Assembly (NCBI GenBank): GCA_964016885.1
Contig: CAXHJY010000818.1
Location: forward strand, 124,001-188,000
Direction: 5' to 3'
Source of the DNA: Eledone cirrhosa
Lineage: Eukaryota
DNA: 64,000 nucleotides
Under the pieces are notes generated by a model. That model searched no databases, was not told where the DNA came from, and worked only from the letters and a program-made list of their open reading frames with translations. How positions within the stretch are numbered: the stretch's first letter is position 1; every line of letters begins with the position of its first letter. A program made the translations under genes and the position numbers. Below are positions 13,121-28,548 of the stretch, one piece after another.

Positions 13121-13350
13121 AAAGATGTTCACCATAATAAGACAGTATTAGTGGAAATAGAACATATATATATATCCAAAATTAAATTAAGGGTGTCATG
13201 TCGGAGAGACATGCGCCATATCCACTGTAGACTATGCTCAAAGATTCCCTACAAATTATTCCCTGTGTTTGTTTCATATATATATATATACACACACACA
13301 CATATATATATACACAGATATATATATGTATATATATATACACATATATC

Positions 13351-13383
<33 letters not shown>

Positions 13384-13902
13384 TATATATACACATATAT
13401 CATATATATATACATATATAGAATCATATATATATATATATACAGAAATAGCCGTCGAAACGGCTTGAGCTCTGCCGTCGAGGTTAAACTTTTTCCTATA
13501 CATATATATATATATATATATATATGTATATGTAAACACACACATATATATATATACATATAGTATTAGTTGAGCTCACACACCACAGAAAGACAAGATG
13601 GAGTAGATACAAAAAGATCGAGAAACAAGGAAGCAAAAATAGTCATTGAGAAGGTGACAGGATGTGTGACAAAAGAACTTTGACAATTAAATAACCACCC
13701 AGTTACTAAAGCAACTGAGCAATGCATTAGTTACCTGACTAATAATATAACTGAAATGAACCTCAAATAGTACATGTGTTTTTGTTGACAACATGGCCCT
13801 CCCAAAATATAACAATATCTGTTTTAACACACGTTTTCACATCAGCAGTCTTGCAAAAACAAATACATAAATATCAAATAGAAGACAACAAAAAAACCTT
13901 AC

Positions 13903-14037
13903 CTTTTCGGCATATTTTTCTCCGTTTAAAATTCAACCCCGTCCAATTGGATGAAGAAAATATACTTATATTCATTTGTATGTTTACATCAACTTCAGCA
14001 TTTAGCAAATTTGTGCAAGGGAGTTTCACTTTAAACA
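13903..14037 (-). CDS. RYK: RYK WIF-domain C-terminal exon with tetrabasic KRRK motif (V|FKVKLPCTNLLNAEVDVNIQMNISIFSSSNWTGLNFKRRKICRK)
   Basis: ccttgcag|TG...AAAG|gtaagg, 135 nt, phase 1-1; LNFKRRKxCxK is characteristic of RYK/Derailed. Confidence 0.96.
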
Positions 14038-16012
14038 CTGCAAGGATAGAAAAGATTACCAAACATTAGCATTTTTCATACAAAACTGCTTGAAATTGTT
14101 TCTGGTTCTACTACACAAAACTGTTTTAAAGTGACTATATTTATCTAAAGATCTTCCATTATAATTTAATGTAAGAATCTTTGTTAAGTTATGTTCCCAA
14201 CAACCTGAAACCATCTCTGGTTCTACACAAAACTGTTTTAAAGTGACTATATTTGTCTAAAGATCTTCCATCATAATTTTAATGGAAGAACCTTTGTTAA
14301 GTTATGTTCCAAACACCAGCTTAATAATGAATATTTTAAAAACTCCAATTACCAACCACTTTACAGAGTGTACTGGGTGTATTTTATTATGGCAGCAATA
14401 CTAGTTAAGTCTTCTCTCTCTCCCACACACACAAATAGACACACATATACACAAACATACATGCACACAAACATACATATACACACACAAATAGACACAC
14501 ATATACACAAACATACATGCACACATATATACATATACACACACAAACATACACACATACATATATACACACAAACTAACATGTCTTTCTCCTGCTGTAA
14601 GCTAGAATTTAACAAAAAAATCTCAAAACATTTGACACTTTGTAAAGTGGTAAATATTTCTATCTAAAGACATCTGTGATAATCTAATAGAACCACTTGA
14701 AATACGGCCATCATCTATCATTCTCATCACCACCACCATCATCTATCATTCTCATCACCACCACCACCACCACCACCACCATCATCATCATCTATCATTC
14801 TCATCATCATTACCATCAATATCACCACCATTAGCATCATTGCCATCATCATCATCATCACCACTACCACCACCACCATCATCATCATCTATCATTCTCA
14901 TCATCATCATTATCATCATCACCACTACCACCACCACCACCATCATCATCTATCATTCTCATCATCATCATTATCATCATCACCACTACCACCACCACCA
15001 CCATCTATCATTCTCATCATCATTACCATCAATATCACCACCATTAGCATCATTGCCATCATCATCATCACCACCACCACCACCACCACCACCATCATAT
15101 ATTATTCTCCTCATCATTACCACTATCATCATCAATATCACCATCACTACCACACCACCACCACCACCACCTTCAGAATTATTATTATTATTAGTAGTAT
15201 AAGTAGTAGTAGTAGTAAAATATAAAATAAATAAAAAGAATCATTATTATCATTATTATTATTGCATCTATTATCTTATCTATCTACTTATTTAAAAAGA
15301 AATAAAATATGTCTCTAGCATGTGTTTCTGATGTGTGATATGACAGAGGAGTGGTGGTGTGGTGGTGGTGGTGGTGATGGTGGGTGGTGGTAGTGGTGGT
15401 GGTGAGGGTGGGTGGTGGTGATGGTAGTTGTGGTAGTGGTGGTGGTGGTAGTGGTGGTGGTGATGGTGGTGGTGGTGATGGTGGTGGTGGTAGTTGTGGT
15501 GGTGGTGGTAATGGTAGTTGTGGTGATGGTGGTGGTAGTGGTGGTGGGTGGTAGTTGTGGTGGTGGTGGTGATGGTGGGTGGTGGTGGTGGGTGGTGATG
15601 GTGGGTGGTGGTAGTGGTGGTGGGTGGTGGTGCTGGTGGTGCTGGTGATGGTAGTGGTGGGTGGGGTGTAGATGATGATGACAACGATAAGAATATTGCC
15701 AATAATAGTGAAAAAAAGTAGTTGTGACAACACCACCACCACCACCTCCACCACCCTCATCCTCAACACCACCACCATCACCATCGACATCATCACCAAA
15801 CCACCACCATCCTCAACAACACCATCGACATCATCATCATCAACACCACCACCATCACCACCCCTCCACCACTTGACCCCCCCTACCCTCCTTAGAAAAA
15901 CTGTTCAAGATAAACTAGAACTGGTTTACTTGAGATCTTATGATATCTCTCTCTCTCTTCTCCAAGACATTCTCTGGAACAACAATAGAATTGGTGGAAA
16001 CAATTTAAAGAT

Positions 16013-16046
<34 letters not shown>

Positions 16047-17289
16047 TCTTTCTTATTCTTCTTCCTCTCCTCCTCCTCCTTCTGTAATACCAAATAAATA
16101 AATAAATGAAATTATCTTTTATTTATTTATCTATTATCTTCTTCTTCTTCAATTCTTATCAATAAAAATTTCCAAGTTGATGGAAATAATCCTATTTTAA
16201 ATAATTCAATTTTAAAGGTTGTTTTCTTTCTCAAAAACGAATTCTTATTTAAATTATCTTTTATTTTTAAATATTTTTTTATTTTTAAATATTTTTTTAT
16301 TTTTAAATATTTTTTATTTTTAAATATTTTTTATTTTAATTTCATTTTTATTCAATTTTTTTTAATGAGATTGCTTTAATGAAAGAAAAATACGAAATTT
16401 AAGGGAAAAATTAGGGGGAAAAAACTGACATAGAAGGAAAAATGAATAGAAATAAACAAACAAGAAAAATAAAGATGAAAAACGAAAGAAAAAAGAGAAA
16501 AATAAAAGTTGGGTTGGTGTGGGGGTGGTGTGGGGTGGGGGAGGGTTAGAATTGGCTGAAATCTTTGATAATTAGAGAGGAAAAATATTCTCTAAGTCTT
16601 TTAGTAAACAGAGTGAGTAATCTTTAACTGTTGTTAAGATGGTGAATAGCAGACTCGGTAGAGCACCAGAGAAAACAAAATGGCTTCCATAGATCATTAT
16701 CATCATCATCATCATCGTTGTTGTTGTCATTGTCATTTAAAACATCTGTTTTCCCAGCTAGAAAAGGATTGGACATGTCATTTTAGACTGATCACTACTC
16801 AAACAAAACCTCTGACCTCTAGCTGGGCTGGGGACCCAACATATGTTCCTGCGCTCTACCGAGTACATTCAATCATGGCACTAACGCTAATGAGGTTGTC
16901 ATGTCTATGGCTGAATGCCCTTCCTAGTACCAACCACTTTACAGAGTGTACTTGATGTATTTATCATGACCATCACCAATGGCACAGCTAAAGTGTTCTG
17001 GTCTTTTTTGAAAGGTTTTATATGGCTGTTAATATAGAGTTAAAGATCAGCGAAAATGAGAATTTATGCCAAACAAATGAGGAATCTGCAGATACTCCAT
17101 CCTGGCTACACCTTTAGATTTCTACCTGTGGTAATTGGGTCTCTAGGATACATTACTAACTGCCTCAGTATAAATCTTGACAAGTTGGGCTTCACAGAAC
17201 CAGAAAAAAACAACTAATTAATAAAACTGTAAATATATGTAAAACATTCCAGAAATTTAGCTTCACACATACACACAGATATAGAATCC

Positions 17290-17327
<38 letters not shown>

Positions 17328-17568
17328 CGCATAACTCAAAACATACAGATTTACACATACAATATATATCCATACCCATACACACACACAAACATACATA
17401 TCTACCTAGTTGATGTCTAAATTCCAACAAAAGAGTCTCGTTTCTGTGTTTGAAACCACCTCTCTCTCTCTATTGACTAAGAATTGACAAATTGAAATAA
17501 ATATAACCAGAACATGTATATATATATATATATATGTGCGTGTGTGTATATAAATATATATATATATG

Positions 17569-17750
17569 GGAAAATGTTTAACCCCGACGGCAGAGCTCAA
17601 GCTGTTTCGACGGCTATTTCTGGGCTCAGAAATAGCCATCGAAACGGCTTGAGCTCTGCCGTCGGGGTCAAACATTTTCCTATTACCCACTCTACTACCC
17701 TAAGTATTGAGTACTCTGATGCGTTATGGTCCATCCACAATTCCTTCGTT
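17569..17750 (+). mobile_element. Dispersed repeat whose 5' end is folded back into a 112-bp palindrome (17569-17680)
   Basis: About 56-bp arms; the same family occurs unfolded at 13443-13500 (+) and 40300-40435 (-). Confidence 0.8.
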
Positions 17751-20635
17751 ATATATATATATATATACACAACCATAGACATACATACTATATATATATA
17801 TATCAATTATATATACACATACAAACACACATACATGTTACATACATATACTATATATGTTATATACACACATAAGTTATATCTGATTTTACACAACAAT
17901 GAACATACAAGATGTTTACAATGTTGTAGATATTGTCATATATACACATAAAAACTAACCCAATAAACATCTAACACAGCTATATATACATATATATATA
18001 CATACACACAAGCACATCCATACATACATATACAGTACATACATATATACATACATGACATATATAGAGACACATTTACACAAACATATACATATATATA
18101 TATATATATACATTACATACACACACAAGAACATACACACATATACAGACACTATTCTATCTCTGTCTAACCCCCCCCCCCCCCTCCACTGTTGTCTTCC
18201 AATTCCATCCCACATTTTAACATTCCTTTCTATATATCTTTTGTTCTGCAGCCCACCCCTCCCACCTCCTCCTCTCCCCTTCCTTTCCTCCCACCTCCTC
18301 TCTTTTCTTTTACTTCTTCCTTTGATGACTGAATACAACTTCAAAGTATGGAACAACAACATGACACAGCAGAGACAAGCCATAGTAAGTAACAACAACA
18401 CCAACAATATGAAGCAGTAACAACAACAATAACAATGACACAGTAGAGACAAGTAACAACAACAATAACAATGACACAGTAGAGACAAGTAACAACAACA
18501 ACACCAAGCAATATTCAACAACATCAACACCAAGCAGTAGTCAACAACAGTAACAACAACAACAACACCAACACCAAGCAGTAGTCAACAACAGTAACAA
18601 CAACACCAACACCAACACCAAGCAGTAGTCAACAACAGTAACAACAACACCAAGCAATATTCAACAACACCAACACCAACACCAAGCAGTAGTCAACAAC
18701 AGTAACAACAACACCAAGCAATATTCAACAACACCAACACCAAGCAGTAGTCAACAACAGTAACAACAACACCAAGCAATATTCAACAACACCAACACCA
18801 ACACCAAGCAGTAGTCAACAACAGTAACAACAACACCAAGCAATATTCAACAACACCAACACCAACACCAAGCAGTAGTCAACAACAGTAACAACAACAC
18901 CAAGCAATATTCAACAACAACAACATCAACACCAAGCAGTAACAACAAGAGCAACAGTTATAATGCTAAATATTAGTAAACAACAACAACAACAATAGGA
19001 AGGAGACTGTTTTTTCAGTCAGCTAGAAATAGCAGTGAAATCTCCCTCAAATAATATTTTAGCATCTAAAAAAAAAAAACAACAAAAAATTCAAGGATGG
19101 AGTTATCTCCCTTGTTTATTATTTTTCTTAAGGATCCCCCCCCCCCGGCTTGGGGGATATTGTATCTACCAACTGATATGAATAATTGTACAGGGTTGGC
19201 CTCCCGCAGGTGTGGGACCCGTGAGGTGGTGTGGCGGTTTCAGCATGTCTCCCTAGCTGTGCCCCGGGGCAATATATTCTCCATCCTGTGGGATGTCGGG
19301 ACCCAGAGGTGGGGGGTGAGTTAGTTGGTGGGCAAAGCTAACCTCGACTGGATTTGAACTCAGAAGAATGGAAAGGGTTGTAACTCTATGTCGTAAAGCA
19401 TGGTGTCCAATGCTGCTACTAATGATGTTGGTGATGTTGGTGATGGTGATGATGATCATGTTGGTGGAGGTGATGATGGTGATGATGATGATGGTGATGA
19501 TGATGATGGTGATGGAGATGATGGTGTTGGTGATGGTGACAATGATGATGTTGATGGGGGTGGCGATGATGATGATGATGTTGGTAGTGGTGATTATGAT
19601 GGTGATGGTGATGATGATGATGATGATGATGGTGGTGTTGGTGTTGACAATGATGATGGTGTTGATGGTGGCGGTGGTGGTGGTGGTGGTGGTGGTGGTG
19701 ATGGTGGTGATGACGATGGTGGTGGCAATGATGATGTTGGTAGTGGTGATGATGATGGTGGTGGAGATGATGGTGGTGTTGTTGATGTTGACAATGATGA
19801 TGGCGTTGATGGTGGAGATGATGATGATGATGGTGTTGGTGTTGGTGATGATGATGATGATATCAAAATGGAGGAAAGGGCTAAAAAGACAACATTTTAA
19901 ACACCTGTAATATGTTTCATACATAAACTAATTACAAGTTTAAGTAAATTTATCTTTGCTAAAGATCAAGTGTAGATCGATTTATTATGGATGAGGGAAG
20001 ATTCAGTTTTTAAACACTACTTATTTTCTTGTTTGTATGTTTTCTTGAGAATTATTTCAAATTTTAAATTTGAATCTTTAGATACAATACTTAACGGGTT
20101 TTTTAAAAAAAATTGTTGCTTAAAAACATCCAAAAATATAATGGCTTGGTTCATGTTTTGGGAATAACAACTTTTTAGAGTGAAATGGTATCTCATAGCA
20201 AATATAGCAGAGATATGATAGTTGTTAAAATATTATATAGACAGTGTTGGTGGTTGGTTTAGTTGCTATGTGATATATTATATTATATATTATATAGACA
20301 GCGTTGGTGGTTGGTTTAGTTGCTATGTGATATATATATTATATATTATATAGACAGTGTTGGTGGTTGGTTTACTGTTATGTGATATCATCATCATCAT
20401 TTAACGTCTATCTTCCACGCTCGCATGGGTTTAGACGGGTATTGTCCCACTTGAGACAAGATTGGTCGGGTGACCATGTCTGGCAGGTTTTCTACGGCTG
20501 GATGCCCTTCCTATCACCAACAGCATTTACAATGTGTGCTGGGTGCTTTTTATCGTGATCCGTACACAACCTGACACCTATATACACACATACATATGCC
20601 TGTACTTATATATACATATATACATATATGTGCCG

Positions 20636-20750
20636 TATGGCTGAGTGGTAAGAGAATTGGATTCGCAATCGTTAGGTTGTGAGTTAAATTCTCCAACTGG
20701 ATGATGCGTTATGTCCTTGAGCAAGACACTTTATTTCACGTTGCTCCTTC
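20636..20750 (+). mobile_element. tRNA-derived SINE head with CORE-like segment
   Basis: TGGCTGAGTGG A-box, GAGTTAAATTC B-box-like, then TGTCCTTGAGCAAGACACTT; a related minus copy lies at about 36245-36330. Confidence 0.7.
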
Positions 20751-20862
20751 TACCTGGAGTTGCAACCGATAGATAGTATTAGCAATTGGAAAGACCAATG
20801 GAAACATTGTTTCCTCGGCCCGATTTGACGAAAGTCGATCGTTCCTTTTTATATATACACAC

Positions 20863-20903
<41 letters not shown>

Positions 20904-21002
20904 TAAGTTACAGGGTTGGGTTGTTGGATTAGAAGTTGGGGTTAACAACAAAATTGACACTAACATCATCCAAAATACACACACACAGGCACCCCCAGAT
21001 TG

Positions 21003-21034
<32 letters not shown>

Positions 21035-21550
21035 ACAGACACAGACACATACAGACATTAATCAGTCATTAATGCCTCCATGAATAAAAAGTAAAAAGGT
21101 TGCTGAGATTCTAGAAATTTCTCTCTTCTCATCAATTTCTTCCCTTATTATTCTGTCTCCTGCTATAGTTACTTAGTCCAATGGTGATTGATATATTGTT
21201 TATAGTGTATATATATATACACAGACAGACATATATGGTATGGGTATATACACACACAGACACATATGGTGTGTGTGTGTATACACACACACACATATTG
21301 TGTGTGTGTGTGTATACACACACAGACACATATTGTGTGGGTATATTTACACACAGATAGACACATATAGTGTGGGTGTATATACACACACACACAGGCA
21401 CATATGGTGTAGATATGTATATACTCACACAGACAGACACATATATATAAGGTATGGAGATGTGAATATATATATATATATACACATGCATATAAGGTGT
21501 GGGGATGTGGTGATATATATATATACACATATATATAAGGTGTAGAGATG

Positions 21551-21592
<42 letters not shown>

Positions 21593-21699
21593 TATAATAT
21601 GTGGAGATGTGGTGATATACACAGAGACTCACAAACACATACAAACAGAGATACAGACACAAACACACACACTTACATACATGTGTATCAGGTGTGGAG

Positions 21700-21735
<36 letters not shown>

Positions 21736-22233
21736 TTATATATACATATATTTCTGTCCAAAGACATTTCTACAGCAACAAAGGTCAAAAGGTGGTAGAA
21801 GTAACATCCACTTCTTCATCTCAACAGCAAAAGTCAACTTTTTTCTTCCTCCTTTTGTTTCCTTCCAGGTCACAGGGTCGGGTTAAAAGGTCCGAAGACC
21901 TAAAACTTCCAGTTTTGTGAAGTGAAGTGGATTAGATAGAAAATTTCCTTTTCAGATAAGGAGAGAGAGAGAGAGAGAGACAGAGAGAGAGGTGGTGGTG
22001 AAGAACTGAAGAAGTGTACTATCAAATAGAATGGTCTCTCCATAAAATCAACAAGATGCTAGCAGAAGACTTGAACCCAAGATCTGTTAGTCATTAATCA
22101 TTCTTTTCTTAAACACATAAGTATTTAAGATGGCAGCTAGAATCATAGCAGAGTGTTTTACAATGAGTAAACCTTAGGAGATGCAAACAAGAGAAAACTG
22201 GTGTATATTATCCTTTTCTTTGCACAAAAGTAG

Positions 22234-22947
22234 TTAAACCTTCTATTACCATATTTCTAATGAAAGACACTGTTTATGTCATTAACCCTTTCATTACCAT
22301 ATTTCTAATGAAAGACACTGTCTATGTCTTTAACCCTTTCATTACCATATTTCTAATGAAAGACACTGTCCATGTCTTTAACCTTTTCATTACCATATTT
22401 CTAATGAAAGACACTGTCAATGTCATTAACCCTTTCATTACCATATTTCTAATGAAAGACACTGTCTATGTCTTTAACCCTTTCATTACCATATTTCTAA
22501 TGAAAGACACTGTCCATGTCTTTAACCTTTTCATTACCATATTTCTAATGAAAGACACTGTCTATGTCATTAACCCATTCATTACCATATTTCTAATGAA
22601 AGACACTGTCTATGTCTTTAACCTTTTCATTACCATATTTCTAATGAAAGACACTGTCAATGTCATTAACCCATTCATTACCATATTTCTAATGAAAGAC
22701 ACTGTCCATGTCTTTAACCTTTTCATTACCATATTTCTAATGAAAGACACTGTCAATGTCATTAACCCATTCATTACCATATTTCTAATGAAAGACACTG
22801 TCTATGTCTTTAACCTTTTCATTACCATATTTCTAATGAAAGACACTGTCAATGTCATTAACCCATTCATTACCATATTTCTAATGAAAGACACTGTCTA
22901 TGTCTTTAACCTTTTCATTGCCATATTTCTAATGAAGGACACTGCCT
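22234..22947 (+). repeat. 48-bp minisatellite made of the MITE-B left end (TTAACCCTTTCATTACCATATTTCTAATGAAAGACACTGTCTATGTCT)n, about 15 copies
   Basis: 16-aa periodicity in the ORF track; the unit matches the start of the 33386 element. Confidence 0.93.
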
Positions 22948-23126
22948 AGGTTTATAATGACTAGACAGTATAAGGAGCAGACACAAGAAAACTTATGTCA
23001 TTTAATCCACCAAACTAAGATTCTTGTCACTTTATCACATTTTCTTAATTTATTTCTTTTTCTATTTCTCATTCAATCCTGATGAAGGACTAACGCTTGA
23101 AACATTGGTGGAAACAATTTAAAGAT

Positions 23127-23224
<98 letters not shown>

Positions 23225-23559
23225 AAGGAGAGATCTCAGTAAAATTCAACATCTTATGTTTCCCCTCCAACCCCCTTTTCTCACTTCCAGCCCCACCTCT
23301 CCCACCACCATCTACTAATGAGTTCATTATGGCTGAACAAGATACAGAACATTAAGCCAGAAACAGACCACATCCTTAAACCACCACCACTCCCCTACAC
23401 CACCACACCCCTACATCACCACCACCACCACCACCACCACCCCACATCCTTACACCACCACCACTACACCACCTCTAATTACTTCAAATCCTTATCTTAT
23501 CTTCTACATTTAGTGACTTGCCATTCTGGTTAATTCCTTCTGTGAGGTGATGTAATGTA

Positions 23560-24670
23560 CCTACCACCACCACCACCACAACCACCACCAATACCACCAC
23601 CACCACCAATACCCCCACCACCACCACCACAACCAATACCACCGCCACCACCACCACCACAACCACCACCAATACCACCACCACCACCACCACCACAACC
23701 ACCACCACCATCACCAATACCACCACCACCACCACCAATACCAATACCACCACCACAACAACCAATACCACCACCACCACCACCACAACAACCAATACCA
23801 ACACCACCACCACCACAACAACCAATACCAGCACCACCACCACAACCAATACCACCACCACCACAACCAATACCACCACCACCACAACCAATACCACCAC
23901 CACCACAACCAATACCACCACCACCACCACAACCAAAACCACCACCGCAACCAATACCACCACCACCACAACAACCAATACCACCACCACCACAACCAAT
24001 ACCACCACCACCACCACAACCACCACAACAACCAATACCACCACCACCACAACCAATACCACCACCACCACCACAACCAAAACCACCACCGCAACCAATA
24101 CCACCACCACCACAACAACCAATACCACCACCACCACAACCAATACCACCACCACCACCACAACCACCACAACAACCAATACCACCACCACCACAACCAA
24201 TACCAATACCACCACCACCACCACCACCAATACCACCACCACCACCACAACCACCACAACAACCAATACCACCACCACCACAACCAATACCAATACCACC
24301 ACCACCACCACAACCAATACCACCACCACCAATACCACCACCACCACCACAACCAATACCACCACCACCACCACCAATACCACCATCACCACCACCACCA
24401 ATACCACCACCACCACCACCAATACCACCACCACCACCACCACCAATACCACCACCACCACCACCAATACCACCACCACCACCACAACCAATACCACCAC
24501 CACCACCACCAATACCACCACCACCACCACCACCAATACCACCATCACCACCACCACCAATACCACCACCACCACCACCAATACCACCACCACCACCACA
24601 ACCAATACCACCACCACCACCACCAATACCACCATCACCACCACCACCAATACCACCACCACCACCAGCA
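23560..24670. repeat. (CCA)n/CCAATA compound repeat
   Basis: Direct reading. Confidence 0.95.
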
Positions 24671-25080
24671 ACTCCTCTAAAATGCCATCCACCATATTAC
24701 CGCCACCTCCACCATATTATATTGTTAGAGAAGGTAAACATCAGATTTGGTAGAGATACTCTCCTAACATTGGTAAACAAGTACAACTTAGACAGAAAAA
24801 TATCATTTTTCAGGAATAATCTTAAATGCAATGAATAGGAGGAGGAGGAGGAGGAGGAGGAGAAAGAAGAGAAAAACAACAATAAATAAATTTATATAAA
24901 AACAAAAAAAGTCTACAATTTTTCTTCTTTTTATAAATTTTCGATGAAAATCATGATTTTATGTTTGCTGACATTTTACTAAGCAGATGTGTTGTTACAT
25001 ATCGCTGTCATATAATACAGTAATGTTATAAAGAATAAATTGCAGAATCAGTGTTTACATAAGCAATAATTTCTACACTT

Positions 25081-26047
25081 TTAACCCTTTCATTACCATA
25101 TTTCTAATGAAAGACACACTGTCTATGTCTTTAACCCTTTCACAACTATATTTCTAATGAAAGACACTGTCTATGTCTTTAACCCTTTCATTACCATATT
25201 TCTAATGAAAGACACTGTCTATGTCTTTAACCCTTTCACAACTATATTACTAATGAAAGACACTGTCTATGTCTTTAACCCTTTCACAACTATATTTCTA
25301 ATGAAAGACACTGTCCATGTCTTTAACCCTTTCACAACTATATTTCTAATGAAAGACACTGTCTATGTCTTTAACCCTTTCACAACTATATTTCTAATGA
25401 AAGACACTGTCTATGTCTTTAACCCTTTCACAACTATATTTCTAATGAAAGACACTGTCTATGTCTTTAACCCTTTCACAACTATATTTCTAATGAAAGA
25501 CACTGTCTATGTCTTTAACCCTTTCACAACTATATTTCTAATGAAAGACACTGTCTATGTCTTTAACCCTTTCACAACTATATTTCTAATGAAAGACACT
25601 GTCTATGTCTTTAACCCTTTCACAACTATATTTCTAATGAAAGACACTGTCTATGTCTTTAACCCTTTCACAACTATATTTCTAATGAAAGACACTGTCA
25701 ATGTCTTTAACCCTTTCACAACTATATTTCTAATGAAAGACACTGTCTATGTCTTTAACCCTTTCACAACTATATTTCTAATGAAAGACACTGTCTATGT
25801 CTTTAACCCTTTCACAACTATATTTCTAATGAAAGACACTGTCTATGTCTTTAACCCTTTCACAACTATATTTCTAATGAAAGACACTGTCTATGTCTTT
25901 AACCCTTTCACAACTATATTTCTAATGAAAGACACTGTCTATGTCTTTAACCCTTTCACAACTATATTTCTAATGAAAGACACTGTCAATGTCTTTAACC
26001 CTTTTACAACTATATTTCTAATGAAAGACACTGTCTATGTCTTTAAT
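25081..26047 (+). repeat. Second 48-bp MITE-B-end minisatellite, about 20 copies, homogenised CACAACTA variant
   Basis: Direct reading; followed by MITE-B-like body (aaattttgaaaataatggagaatttg). Confidence 0.93.
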
Positions 26048-26374
26048 TTTCAGCAAATTTTGAAAATAATGGAGAATTTGGCTGGATGCCCTTGTTAATG
26101 CCAACATTTTCATGGTGTGTACCAGATTTGTTTTCTTGTGGTACCAGCACTACCACCTGACAGGCGGAACTAGGTGCCTGTTTCATCTCTACATCACTAC
26201 CACTTTACACTGTGGGCTAGCTACATACATACATTATCAACATTTTATATTTATGGTCAGTGCTGGTGTGGGTTTGATAGGTTGTCTCATTCTCAGATTT
26301 GACAAGTCAGACAACCATGTCTTCCACATACATTCCATTTTTGGTATGGTTTCTACAGGTGGATGTCCTTCACA

Positions 26375-26600
26375 ATGCCAACCACTGGGTGTATTTTATC
26401 ATGAGACCAACACAACCACTTTACAGAGTGTACTGGGTGTATTTTATCATGACACCAACACAACCACTTTACAGAGTGTACTGGGTGTATTTTATCACGA
26501 CACCAACACAACCACTTTACAGAGTGTACTGGGTGTATTTTATCACGACACCAACACAACCACTTTACAGAGTGTACTGGGTGTATTTTATCATGACAGC
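26375..26600. repeat. 48-bp tandem (about 4.5 copies) expanded from inside the RTE-tailed SINE-like repeat
   Basis: Unit ACTTTACAGAGTGTACTGGGTGTATTTTATCACGACACCAACACAACC; single-copy equivalent at about 16935-16975. Confidence 0.85.
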
Positions 26601-27509
26601 AACACCGGTAGTTTGTAATTGGATGGGGTGCTTTTTATAACAGCACCAGCAATGTGCAACATGCACTGATATAAATGTACATATAATATGTGTGTGTGAT
26701 GGTGTGTGTATGTGGAGAGAGAGAGAAAGAGAGAGAGAGAGAGATGGAGAGAGAGAGCGAGAGAGAGAGATGGAGAGAGAGAGCGAGAGAGAGAGATGGA
26801 GAGAGAGAAAGGGATGGAGAGAGAGAGAGAGGGATGGAGGGAGAGGGATTGAGGGAGAGGGAGGGAGGGATTGAGAGAGAGGGAGAGGGAGGGAGGGATG
26901 GAGAGAGAGGGAGAGCGAGAGAGGGAGGGAGGGATGGAGAGAGAGAGATATGGGGAGAGAGGGAGGGAGGGATGGAGAGAGAGATATGGGGAGAGAGAGA
27001 GATGGGGAGAGAGAGAGAGATGGGGAGAGGGATGGGGAGAGAGGGATGGGGAGGGAGAGAGGGATGGGGAGGGAGAGAGGGATGGGGAGGGAGAGAGGGA
27101 TGGGGAGAGAGAGAGAGGGATGGAGATGTAAAGTTGTTTGTTAAATGTTACTTCTACAAAAGGTCATCGCATAATAACAATAGTAACAACAACAATAACA
27201 ACAACAATAACAACAATAACAACAACAATAACAACAATAACAACAGTAACAACAGTAACAACGACAGTAACAACAGTAACAACAATAACAACAGTAACAA
27301 CAACAACAACAACAACAACAACAGTAAAATGTGATATCAGGAGTAACCACAGCAATTAGCAACAAGAAGCAGACGGCCTGAGGAGGGAGTAAAAAGGTGA
27401 TGGTGGGGTGGTAGTGGTGGTGGTGGTGAGGGTGGTGATTTTTATGTGTATATGTGTATGAGCATATCTATGTATGTATGTATATACATTGTGTGTGTGT
27501 ATGTATGTG

Positions 27510-27552
<43 letters not shown>

Positions 27553-27559
27553 ATATGTA

Positions 27560-27634
<75 letters not shown>

Positions 27635-27846
27635 TGTACTGTGTTTCTTCCATTTTTCCATTGTCTTCACCAACCAATTTTAATTTATTGATAATCTTAG
27701 CCATGGAGGACACTTTTTTAATATATATATATATATGGATATGTGTATATATATATATATATATATGGATATGTATATTTATATATATATATATATATTG
27801 ATAGCATATTGAATCTTTGGTGTTTCTTATAAATACACACACATAC

Positions 27847-27897
<51 letters not shown>

Positions 27898-28016
27898 CAT
27901 ACACACACACGCACATATATATATATATATATACACACACATATATATATATCCACACACACACACATATATATATATACATACACACACACACATATAT
28001 ATACATACATATACAT

Positions 28017-28061
<45 letters not shown>

Positions 28062-28461
28062 TATATACATACATACATATACATACACACACACATATAT
28101 ATATACACATATGACAGAGCCACTCTGGCTCAATCTGTTCACCATCCATCAGATGACAAGACTCTGGTGAATTAGATTTACTAAACCTCTTGTTGCATCT
28201 CTTGTTATAAGAGAGAAGCAGGCTTCCATTAATTGTGGCAGTGACTCACTCTCTGTCTTCTCAGCAGAGTTCTTATAATGTTATGGGATAGAAGAGGCAG
28301 TGGTGGTGTGGTGGTGGTGTGGTGGTGGTGGCAGGGTGGTAGGAGGCTGCATTCACCCCATCCCTCTCTCCTCCCCATCCCCCAACTTTCCAATACACTA
28401 TTTGCAGTTACTTAATATACATTAAGGCATTGTGTATACATGTACGTGTACAGATACACAC

Positions 28462-28548
<87 letters not shown>

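Noticed and set aside
23078-23110. CTGATGAAGGACTAACGCTTGAAACATTGG hammerhead-like motif
   Set aside because: Weak stem II and no convincing stem I or cleavage triplet; at most a decayed relic.
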